From an uncultured archaeon (GTDB lineage: Archaea; Asgardarchaeota; Thorarchaeia; Thorarchaeales; Thorarchaeaceae): 64,000 nucleotides of DNA. The notes beneath the pieces are model-generated. The model searched no databases and was not told where the DNA came from. It was given only the letters and a program-made list of their open reading frames with translations. Made by a program: the position numbers and the translations under genes. Position 1 is the first letter of the stretch; the number at the start of each line of letters is the position of its first letter. Location of the stretch: assembly GCA_964458565.1 (NCBI GenBank), contig CAYWJO010000005.1, positions 20,375-84,374 of the forward strand, written 5' to 3'. Below are positions 19,873-28,594 of the stretch, piece by piece.

Positions 19873-20847
19873 ATGACAATTGCCATTCATGAGAGTGCAT
19901 TGATACGTCATTTCAATACTAGAAAAGAAACGCTGCGAGCTTGGGAAGAAAAAATCGGTGCGAGGTTTTCTCCATTCAGAGGATATAAAATGCCGGATAG
20001 TCGTTTGTATTGCGAACATCCTGATTTTCTTGATAGTATTGTTGACCTAATAATAACAAATGAGAGACATATTTTCCTTAGGGGTCCAGTAGGATCTGGA
20101 AAGAGTACTTTGATGCTTCTTGCACTTCGGGACCTGCCTACATTAGCTGATCGGCGAGGAAATAAGTTTGTTACAGGATATGTTGGGATGACCGGTCTCT
20201 ATGAGAAACAAATGTCTGCTGCCATTGCAGATTCCTTGAGAATCAAATATCGTCGATCATGGGAGTCTAGTCAAATTATAGAAGCTGTTGCACAAGAAAG
20301 TCTTAGGAGATACGTCGAAGAGAAGAGTCGTACGGCACTCTTCATCGAAGATGTTGCTGACAATCAAGAAGCTGCATTTCACAAACTACGGTATCTTGCT
20401 GATTTACCAACTGAAGAAATGATTGATAGTCATGGTCGAATATTGGATGAACCAATAGTCACACTGATTATGAGTGGAACTACAATGTATTGGAACGCTA
20501 TGCTTAGTTTTCTACCACAGATTGCAGATCGAACTGAGCCTCTGGATGTACCGCCCTTTGACCTTTTGAAAGCAAAGGAGTTCATAGGACGCCGACTCTA
20601 TTATGCGCGTGGTAAAATTGATAGTTTCGACTCTGATAATTATGAATTGTATCCATTTCATGACGAAGCTGTAGAGATAATCAATAATTCTGCAGAAGGG
20701 AATCCACGAGACATTCGAATGTTGGCAAGAGGATGCCAACAAGTTGCAGCTGAGAACTTCAAGAGATCTGGATTTCCAGAAATTACAGCAGAAATATCTA
20801 AACTGGTTGCTGATGCTTATGCCACATTACTGAAGGAGGTTAAATAA
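19873..20847 (+). CDS. AAA+ ATPase (ExeA/TniB/initiator-like, not ParA)
   Basis: N-terminal SPF, Walker A GPVGSGKS, Walker B ALFIED, sensor-1 IMSGT, IADR and GNPRDI lid. Confidence 0.8.
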   Translation: MTIAIHESALIRHFNTRKETLRAWEEKIGARFSPFRGYKMPDSRLYCEHPDFLDSIVDLIITNERHIFLRGPVGSGKSTLMLLALRDLPTLADRRGNKFVTGYVGMTGLYEKQMSAAIADSLRIKYRRSWESSQIIEAVAQESLRRYVEEKSRTALFIEDVADNQEAAFHKLRYLADLPTEEMIDSHGRILDEPIVTLIMSGTTMYWNAMLSFLPQIADRTEPLDVPPFDLLKAKEFIGRRLYYARGKIDSFDSDNYELYPFHDEAVEIINNSAEGNPRDIRMLARGCQQVAAENFKRSGFPEITAEISKLVADAYATLLKEVK

Positions 20848-20848
20848 T

Positions 20849-21148
20849 ATGAGCTTGCTAGGGAAATATAGACGCGAAGAAAGAGATAGGGATGAAGAAG
20901 AGGAGGGTACGACATCTCAAAGTGACTCACAGCCTAAACCAGAACGTACTCAAACCCTTGTTGCAGTTCCTAATAAAGAACGAAAGAGTCCAATAATGAG
21001 TTTCTCAGTTGCTTCAGATCTAAGACTGTGTTTGCAGGCAATTAGAAACAAACGTGCAATTAATCTAAGCATGTGGGTTGAAAGAGTCTTGCGAGAGGCA
21101 GTTATACAGGAATTTCCAAATATTGCAGAAGATCTTCTTGAATCCTAG
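20849..21148 (+). CDS. Ribbon-helix-helix DNA-binding protein with a disordered N-terminal tail
   Basis: Charged, flexible N-terminus, then IMSFSV strand, SDLRLCLQAI helix and INLSMWVERVLRE helix; starts 1 nt after the ATPase stop with a GGAGG RBS. Confidence 0.7.
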   Translation: MSLLGKYRREERDRDEEEEGTTSQSDSQPKPERTQTLVAVPNKERKSPIMSFSVASDLRLCLQAIRNKRAINLSMWVERVLREAVIQEFPNIAEDLLES

Positions 21149-21163
21149 GATGTAATACATTTA

Positions 21164-22567
21164 TTACAAATCAGAGTTTCCTCTGGATTGAAGAAATTCG
21201 GAATATTCTGCAGTTTTAGACATACAGAGAGCTGCAATATACGGGTCATCATAGCAAGGGATACGGTTCATCTCCAGCAGATCCTTACCAGGTTTACCTA
21301 CTTCACCAGCAAGCCATACTCCTACAACTGGTTTATTGACTCCTGAAGTACGAATACCTTCAAGTGTCCCAGCTGCATGTTCAGTCTGGGTCATTCCAGC
21401 AAACGTTGGAACTCCACATATTACTAACAACATGTCAACATTTTCGTCCTTGAGAAGGAGTTCTGTAGCAATTTTATATTCCCTACGACCACCACTGGCA
21501 ACTACATCGATTGGGTTTTCGACAGCAGCCATTGAAGGTAATAGTTGTCGAAGTTCTTTAGTTGTGTTTTCATTTAGTCGAGATATTTTTAGATCAAAAT
21601 CGGAGGCAGCATCCGCAGCAAGTACGCCAGCACCACCTGTATTACTTATAATACCAATATTACGACCACTCGGTAAAGGTTGATAATCGAATAGCTTACA
21701 TATTTCAAGTAGTGAATCAAATGTAGGAGCTGTAACACATCTAGTTTGTTGAATAACTCCATTGAACACCTCAATAGAACCTGCGAGAGATCCGGTATGT
21801 GATTTCGTTGCGCGACTACCAGCACTACTTCGACCTCCCTTTAGAACCACAACTGGTTTTCTTGATGTAGCATTCTTTAGTGATTTGAAGAATGCTCGTC
21901 CGTGATCGACACCCTCAACATAAACTGCAATGACAGAGGATTTTTCATCAATGGCGAAGTAGTCAATAATATCGGAAAAGTTTACATCCACTGCGTTTCC
22001 AATACTAGCGAACTTGCTTATGCCAATACGTTTTGCTCGAGTGTTATAGATAGTCATACCACCAAGAGCGCCGCTCTGGGAAACAAATGCGATGTTTCCA
22101 CGTTCAGGCATCATAGTAAATGTTCCATTGAATAAGCGGCTGTTTGAAACCCCTACACAATTAGGTCCAATTATTCGTACTCCATACTCTTTAGCTATTT
22201 GCAATAATTGAGCTTCAAGCTGAGATCCGTGTACCCCAGTTTCACTAAATCCTCCGGATACGATGATTGCATTTCTTGCTCCAGCTTTGTGAATTTGGGG
22301 AATCAAATCTATACAATATTTAGCTGCTACTGCTACTATTACGAGATCAACAGAAGAAGGTAGCTCCTGTAGGCTCGGATACGCTTTCACACCCATTACT
22401 TGGTCTCTGTTCCGTGTGATTGGATAGACTTCAATCTCAGATGTAAGTAGATTCATCAAAATTGAATTGCCGAGTTTTCTATAGTCTGAAGATGCACCAA
22501 CTAAGGCAATACTTTTCGGATTGAAGAAGAGGTCGATAGTTGCCTCATCATTCAATGAGTTAGACAT
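21164..22567 (-). CDS. acdA: ADP-forming acetate/acyl-CoA ligase alpha subunit
   Basis: PKSIALVGAS, RIIGPNCVG, SQSGALG, SHTGSLAG and NPIDV. Confidence 0.9.
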   Translation of the reverse strand: MSNSLNDEATIDLFFNPKSIALVGASSDYRKLGNSILMNLLTSEIEVYPITRNRDQVMGVKAYPSLQELPSSVDLVIVAVAAKYCIDLIPQIHKAGARNAIIVSGGFSETGVHGSQLEAQLLQIAKEYGVRIIGPNCVGVSNSRLFNGTFTMMPERGNIAFVSQSGALGGMTIYNTRAKRIGISKFASIGNAVDVNFSDIIDYFAIDEKSSVIAVYVEGVDHGRAFFKSLKNATSRKPVVVLKGGRSSAGSRATKSHTGSLAGSIEVFNGVIQQTRCVTAPTFDSLLEICKLFDYQPLPSGRNIGIISNTGGAGVLAADAASDFDLKISRLNENTTKELRQLLPSMAAVENPIDVVASGGRREYKIATELLLKDENVDMLLVICGVPTFAGMTQTEHAAGTLEGIRTSGVNKPVVGVWLAGEVGKPGKDLLEMNRIPCYDDPYIAALCMSKTAEYSEFLQSRGNSDL

Positions 22568-22624
22568 GATTGAATGGCAAATCTATACGAATTTATGTCT
22601 ACCTAGATATGCATGTTACTTGTA

Positions 22625-23881
22625 TTATTTGTAATACATTTCGGTGTTACTCTTCTTGGCTAATTTGCGATATAATTTCTTCAGTTGTGCATAGTTTGTG
22701 CAATTGAGTTGAAGATAATCTTTGATGGCATATTCGAATTGCGGATTTCGTTTATGGATATTTTCGATAGCTTCTATTGCTGCATTTACAATTTCTTTGT
22801 TTCTTTTATTACAAATGAGCTCGATGAGTGTTTCAACAGATGCTATATGATAAAAATTACCAAGCGCGGATATAGATGGTGTGACTATTCGAGGATTGTC
22901 TGTATTAATTATGGATTGGAGTAAAATAATAGATTTCAGTGATCTTATTGAAACCAGATTATCAATATGTTTGACAAGTAATCTGAATTTCTCTGCTGTT
23001 TGGTCTGCATTGTATTCATCGAGTATGCATTCTAATAATATACTGAAGTAAGAAACCGCATGTCGGCTGCCGAGGTCACGAAGATTAGAGATATCACCAG
23101 CAATCATGGATGTTAACAGATTATGATATAACGGATGATGAGGATTCTTGATCTTGTGTATGGCTTTGGCTGATTTGGATATAATTTGATTCTTTATTGT
23201 ATCTGATACGGGTATTACAGATAATACCATCTCCATTTCCTGTTCATCAATCAATAATTTAGTCAAGTCTAGTTTTGATAATGCATGCAATCCGTATTCG
23301 GAATGCCATAAGCCTTCAACTGATACTATTTGATTATCTAAAAGAACAGCTGCTCCAATTAATTCTTCTTTACGGATATGTTCTATTTGAATATGCATTT
23401 CTTTTGGAATTATCAATGAGCTTTCAGTGACATCTAAAAAAAATGTATCATGATTAGTAATTTGATCACGAAGAACTGGTAAGATATATTCTAGTAAAGA
23501 GTTCGCTGAATCCGTAAATGATGTCTTAGATTCAAGGAATCCAAGAATATCTTGGGTGGAAATATTAGTTGGTTCGAGTCCCTTACAACCTAGAACTTCA
23601 AATAATACTTCGCGATATTTGATAGGTTCGATTTTTTTCTTTGGAGCATCTATTCCAATTGGGTATGAATAATGAGCATCTAATGATTTCTTAAGATAAT
23701 TTACAGTTGAGTTCCAACCGACTGTTTGGTCAAGTGTCACTAATATATCTTGAAAATCTTCACATCTCCGGTCGCCAATTGATTGAACGATATCAAGAAT
23801 TATATCTCTATCAGTTGCTTCTTGAATTCTCTGTTTGAGAGCTGTAAGAATCCTTGATTTTCCATTATTTTTATCATCCAC
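22625..23881 (-). CDS. Hypothetical protein with C-terminal HEAT-like repeats
   Basis: PSISALGNF...VETLIELI...AAIEAIENI. Confidence 0.6.
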   Translation of the reverse strand: MDDKNNGKSRILTALKQRIQEATDRDIILDIVQSIGDRRCEDFQDILVTLDQTVGWNSTVNYLKKSLDAHYSYPIGIDAPKKKIEPIKYREVLFEVLGCKGLEPTNISTQDILGFLESKTSFTDSANSLLEYILPVLRDQITNHDTFFLDVTESSLIIPKEMHIQIEHIRKEELIGAAVLLDNQIVSVEGLWHSEYGLHALSKLDLTKLLIDEQEMEMVLSVIPVSDTIKNQIISKSAKAIHKIKNPHHPLYHNLLTSMIAGDISNLRDLGSRHAVSYFSILLECILDEYNADQTAEKFRLLVKHIDNLVSIRSLKSIILLQSIINTDNPRIVTPSISALGNFYHIASVETLIELICNKRNKEIVNAAIEAIENIHKRNPQFEYAIKDYLQLNCTNYAQLKKLYRKLAKKSNTEMYYK

Positions 23882-24060
23882 TTTATGACACCCAACTAGA
23901 TACTGAATGAGTAGATTGGATTTTAATGAGTCTATTTACAATCTATGATACTATTACTTGTAATACAATTATTAGTATCTTACCTAATAATGTTTCAATT
24001 ACTCAAAGAAACTTCGTTCTAAGAATAGAACTATGTATAGATTGTGTCTTAGTAAATATG

Positions 24061-24243
24061 AGTATGTTGTGTCATACTGGACCCGTCTGGAATCGAAGTT
24101 CGTTATACGGAGAACTTCAAATGTCCACATTGGCATCTCTATCTCCTCGAAAAAACCTCAAAGATGATCGAATGTAGGTACGCAGACGGGAAGGATTCCT
24201 ATGGATTCCTCAAAGTTGGCGCAACATGCTCGAGCCGTTTTTT
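24061..24243. ncRNA. Candidate structured non-coding element
   Basis: CCCGTCTG/CAGACGGG closes arms GAAGTTC/GAACTTC and ACATT-CATCT/AGATG-AATGT; further hairpins and a T-run follow. Confidence 0.4.
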
Positions 24244-24284
24244 CTTATTCATCCCTATTATCCCCTTTATCTTCTGATTTTAGT

Positions 24285-24818
24285 CTAAGATTTTTGTTTT
24301 GCAATCTCTCCCTTGAGAACTAATGGAGAATCAAGCTCTTCAAGAAGAGACAGGATGAGACGCTCTGCTGATTGGTAGCTCTCAACATCCTCACTAGTTA
24401 ATTCTATCTTTCCAGATAGTATCTCTCTAATTCTACGATACCCACCTATTCTTGAAGCAATCTCCTCAAATGGACGAAAAACAGCTAAATCAAAGAGACC
24501 TAGGTATGCAAGTAGAAGAAGTGTGTAAATTGATTTGGTAATGTTGGTACGAGCTTGTTTCAATGTTCGATTAAAGGAGCCCCTGGATACTCCTTTCTTT
24601 TTGGTTCCTTTGTGACCACGAAGAGAAGCTTTTGTTTCATATGCAATATGCTCATCTACACCATCCTCTAGTACTAGGTCAATAAGTAGTGTTTCAATTT
24701 GTGTTTCAGTCAGTGTTGATCTTCCAAGTAAAATTTGAAGTATCGGTTCTTTCATAACCCTACGAGCATTGATGATTAATTTCTCCATACCATCTTTCTT
24801 CCTTTTATTTGTAGACAT
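24285..24818 (-). CDS. Conserved archaeal hypothetical protein, possibly HTH DNA-binding
   Basis: STLTETQIETL...VSRGSFNRTLKQAR..I.KSIYTLLLLAYLG. Confidence 0.65.
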   Translation of the reverse strand: MSTNKRKKDGMEKLIINARRVMKEPILQILLGRSTLTETQIETLLIDLVLEDGVDEHIAYETKASLRGHKGTKKKGVSRGSFNRTLKQARTNITKSIYTLLLLAYLGLFDLAVFRPFEEIASRIGGYRRIREILSGKIELTSEDVESYQSAERLILSLLEELDSPLVLKGEIAKQKS

Positions 24819-25014
24819 TCATTCTTTCATCCTTGAAATGTGAGTTCTTGTGGAGTGTAAGTAATATAGCCTCATATTCCTTCTTTTTACCTTTCAGGAA
24901 TTATGAAGTTTTTTTGAAACACTACTAATCTGTGTTCTTCTACGGATACAAAAGTGTATACGTAAAGACTATTATGTGCTTCGTGAAAAATAGATAGTAA
25001 TATTTGTAATACAA

Positions 25015-25458
25015 TCAAGCATTAAAAGTATCATTCAAGCTACTTCTGATTGGAAGTTTCCATTCTGAACCAGGAGGTACACTAACAAAGCCTAATATTA
25101 GATTACCACGGATCTCATCATATTTGAATATACCAAAGATGAATCGTTCATTTTTTGCAGCCCATTCAATTCTACCAAGAGCAAGATAGTGATTGAAAAC
25201 ATCTCTACACTGTTTTCGCACTGTGGCAAACAAATTTCGAAATCGTTTCCTTTGTGATGGTCGTATATCCCAACGTTCCAGAATGAATCGATTTGCCAGA
25301 CTATTGCTAGAAATCAATATTGATCTACGTCTCTCATTTGGTGCGTTTATTGCCCTTTCAAGAGTCTGTCTTAAACAATTAGGTACCGTAGCTAAGACGG
25401 AAGGACTTGTCTTTGGTTCATAAACTGTTGACCCTGATAATACGTCGAATCGTCTCAA
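25015..25458 (-). CDS. Hypothetical basic protein
   Basis: 147-aa Arg-rich ORF filling the gap between neighbours. Confidence 0.55.
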   Translation of the reverse strand: MRRFDVLSGSTVYEPKTSPSVLATVPNCLRQTLERAINAPNERRRSILISSNSLANRFILERWDIRPSQRKRFRNLFATVRKQCRDVFNHYLALGRIEWAAKNERFIFGIFKYDEIRGNLILGFVSVPPGSEWKLPIRSSLNDTFNA

Positions 25459-25615
25459 TTCCCATCGATATTCTGTATGGATGGACCTTTAAGAGGTACT
25501 ATAAATGTTTGATAACCATTGTATTACATATATTATTTCTAATAATGGAATAGTTGTACTACTTCACTGCATTAATATCGGAAACAAGTCCCTTCATGGA
25601 AAGGAGAATTACTCT

Positions 25616-27952
25616 TTGATCACCAAGGCAACGATTCATATTACTGGAATTGTACAAGGAGTAGGATTCAGACCTTTCATCTATCGTGAAGCAATATTAT
25701 TGAAGCTAACAGGTTATGTATTAAATCTCGGTGATGCGGGTGTTAGAATAGTAGTTGAAGGGGAGAAATCAAGAATTAATAAGTTAATTGAGATAATAAA
25801 AGCTAAACCCCCATCCATTTCACGCATAGATTCGGTTTCTATAAGCTGGGATGAATCAGAAGGCAAATTTGATACATTCCTCATCTCTAAGTCTTCACCT
25901 ATCAGAGAGAATGGAGCTGTCACTGAGATTCCACCGGATATTGCAATTTGTGATGATTGTGTTGAAGATTTGTTTTCTCCAAAATCTCGTTGGTATTTGT
26001 ATCCATTCACCTCATGTGCAGCATGTGGACCTAGGTTCTCTACAATAACAGATTTACCTTATGACAGACCAAATACGACAATGACAGATTTTCCTCTTTG
26101 TAATATATGTAATACAGGTTATACAAATCCTTTTGATAGAAGATATCATGCACAGACAACTGCATGTTTTACATGTGGACCTGAATACAAGTTAATGAAT
26201 AATGATGGAGAAATTATAGAAACAGAGGATGTTGTACTTACATCAACAAAACTTCTCAAAGAGAGGTCTATAATTGCAGTTCAAGGAATTGCTGGAACTC
26301 ATCTTGTAACAATTACTTCACAACCGGATCCAATTTTAGAGCTCCGTAGAAGAAAGAGACGAGACAAACGACCATTCGCAGTTATGGTCAAAGACCTATT
26401 AGCAACCTATCAAATTTCAAAACCAACAGATTTTGAAACACAGCTAATTACTTCATGGCGAAGACCAATAGTCTTGATTAGAAAGAAGTATAATTCGAAT
26501 GCAAATTTCGAACATGAGTTGATATCTCCGGGTTTGGATACCATAGGAGTCATGTTACCCTATGCACCTATCCATCATCTGTTTTTCAATCATCTTGATG
26601 AAATTGCACTATTGATGACAAGTGCTAATCCAACTGGGTTACCGATGTTTATAGAACCAAAAACCATAATATCAAAACTACAATCAGTTGCAGATTACTT
26701 TCTCATTCATAATAGAAGGATACATCAAAGAGCTGATGATTCAGTATTAAAAATCGTACATGAAGACAATCCCGTTTTTCTTCGTAGGGCACGTGGATAT
26801 GTTCCCGATCCACTGAAAGTCAAAAGTCCTAATGACAAAATTACAATTCTGGGTCTTGGACCTGAAGAGAAAGTTACAGGTGCCATTTTGAAATCGGATT
26901 ATATTTATCAAACTCAACACATTGGAGATGCTGATTGTTTAGAAACTGCTGAATTTCTCTTGGACGCTTCTATTCATCTGATGGATTTAGTGGGAGTATC
27001 CAATCTTGATGCGATTGCTTGTGATTTGCATCCTGAATTTATTACAACAAAACTTGGTAGAAAAATAGCAGATGATAGAGATATTCCTCTGATTAGGGTT
27101 CAGCATCATCATGCACATCTTGCATCTTTAATGGGTGAACATAGAATTGATAATAATACTAGTATTACTTGTATTACAGTCGATGGTTTTGGATATGGTG
27201 ATGATGGTACTGCATGGGGAGGTGAAATTCTAACAGGGAATCTATCTGAATACACAAAGAAAGGCGGCATAAAACCTGTGATACTTCCAGGTGGAGATAT
27301 GACAGCTAGATATGCTTCTAGGTCTCTCTTTGGACTGCTTAGATCTGGGATGACTACTTCGGATATTCATAAGATATTGAAAGGACATAATGTTGCACTT
27401 AGACAGCCAGCTAGTATTGAGAATCTATTATTTCTAGAGGAATCAATTAAGAAAGGAATCAATACCATGACAAGCTCTAGCGCGGGCAGGTTTCTTGATG
27501 CAGTATCTTTAGCTCTTGGAGTATGTTCAGAAAATTCCTATGATGGAGAATGTCCAATGAAGCTTGAGTCAATTGCAAAAGAAAGCGATTCAAACGTGAA
27601 GATTGAATATAGTATTGAAAGGAATTTGAGTTTCATTGATACTTCTAAATTCTTGAGAGAATTATTAGAATTAAAGAATAATGGAATGCCGAAGAAATAT
27701 ATCGCATATATTGCACAATGGGAACTTGGATCTGCATTAGCAGAAATTGCATGTGATGTATCTATTAGCGAAGGCATAGAGTATGTTGGTATTTCTGGAG
27801 GAGTTGCTTTGAATCGGATAATTACTTCTGCTGTAATAAAAAAGGTATTAGCTTACAATCTCACACCATTAATACATAGAAATATTCCTCCGGGAGATGG
27901 AGGTATTTCTTCAGGACAGGTTTTGGTAGCATCTGCCAAACTATTAGAATAG
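25616..27952 (+). CDS. hypF: Carbamoyltransferase HypF
   Basis: GIVQGVGFRPF, CxxC Zn fingers, RRARGYVP, QHHHAH and PPGDGGISSGQ; TTG start after GGAG. Confidence 0.96.
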   Translation: MITKATIHITGIVQGVGFRPFIYREAILLKLTGYVLNLGDAGVRIVVEGEKSRINKLIEIIKAKPPSISRIDSVSISWDESEGKFDTFLISKSSPIRENGAVTEIPPDIAICDDCVEDLFSPKSRWYLYPFTSCAACGPRFSTITDLPYDRPNTTMTDFPLCNICNTGYTNPFDRRYHAQTTACFTCGPEYKLMNNDGEIIETEDVVLTSTKLLKERSIIAVQGIAGTHLVTITSQPDPILELRRRKRRDKRPFAVMVKDLLATYQISKPTDFETQLITSWRRPIVLIRKKYNSNANFEHELISPGLDTIGVMLPYAPIHHLFFNHLDEIALLMTSANPTGLPMFIEPKTIISKLQSVADYFLIHNRRIHQRADDSVLKIVHEDNPVFLRRARGYVPDPLKVKSPNDKITILGLGPEEKVTGAILKSDYIYQTQHIGDADCLETAEFLLDASIHLMDLVGVSNLDAIACDLHPEFITTKLGRKIADDRDIPLIRVQHHHAHLASLMGEHRIDNNTSITCITVDGFGYGDDGTAWGGEILTGNLSEYTKKGGIKPVILPGGDMTARYASRSLFGLLRSGMTTSDIHKILKGHNVALRQPASIENLLFLEESIKKGINTMTSSSAGRFLDAVSLALGVCSENSYDGECPMKLESIAKESDSNVKIEYSIERNLSFIDTSKFLRELLELKNNGMPKKYIAYIAQWELGSALAEIACDVSISEGIEYVGISGGVALNRIITSAVIKKVLAYNLTPLIHRNIPPGDGGISSGQVLVASAKLLE

Positions 27953-27977
27953 CAATTGTAATATATGTAATACAATA

Positions 27978-28592
27978 TCATGTAAGTAGTTTTTGGATAG
28001 CTTGGAATCCAAGCTCAACTGCAGTGATATTGATTGTTTCAAATTTGCTAGAGAAAGACATACGAACAGCAGCTAATACTGATTCTTTCTTGATTGGGGT
28101 GAGGTTAGTACCTAATATTGCTCCTAGCATGACCATATTCATTGAACGAGAACTTCCGGCTTCCTTAGCAAGCTCCATTGCATCAATTTCCAGAATCTTA
28201 TCTGTGAATCTCCTAATTTGAGATATGATTTCTCCATGATCAGGATATTCTGTTTGGCCCATGGATACAGCTACAGGGTATTGAATATGTGAACTCATGA
28301 CAACATATCCATCATTACTAACTGCATGAATTTCCCTCAGAGTTTCAAGGGGTTCGAATCCAACAATGAGATTAGCTGTTCCCGAATCAATTATTGGTCC
28401 ATACACATTTTCACCAATACGTACTGTACATACAACATGACCGCCTCTTTGAGCCATCCCATGAATCTCACCTACTCGTACGTTTAAATTGTCCGCTAGT
28501 GCAGCCTTTGCCAAAATTTCTGCAAGTGTTAGTACTCCCTGACCACCAACACCAGCAATGAGAATATCGCTATTATTTGTATTACAATTCAT
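27978..28592 (-). CDS. iorB: Indolepyruvate:ferredoxin oxidoreductase beta subunit
   Basis: AGVGGQG, EIHGMAQRGGHV and NMVMLGA; GGAGG RBS before the ATG at 28592. Confidence 0.93.
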   Translation of the reverse strand: MNCNTNNSDILIAGVGGQGVLTLAEILAKAALADNLNVRVGEIHGMAQRGGHVVCTVRIGENVYGPIIDSGTANLIVGFEPLETLREIHAVSNDGYVVMSSHIQYPVAVSMGQTEYPDHGEIISQIRRFTDKILEIDAMELAKEAGSSRSMNMVMLGAILGTNLTPIKKESVLAAVRMSFSSKFETINITAVELGFQAIQKLLT

Positions 28593-28594
28593 AT

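Noticed and set aside
19873-20847. ParA/SegA or Cdc6 assignment
   Set aside because: No deviant Walker A (KGGxGK) and no C-terminal winged helix of Cdc6 length
23926-24177. 83-aa ORF, or 5S rRNA, in this gap
   Set aside because: The ORF has no protein-like features and overlaps the palindrome site and stems; conserved 5S loop sequences are absent
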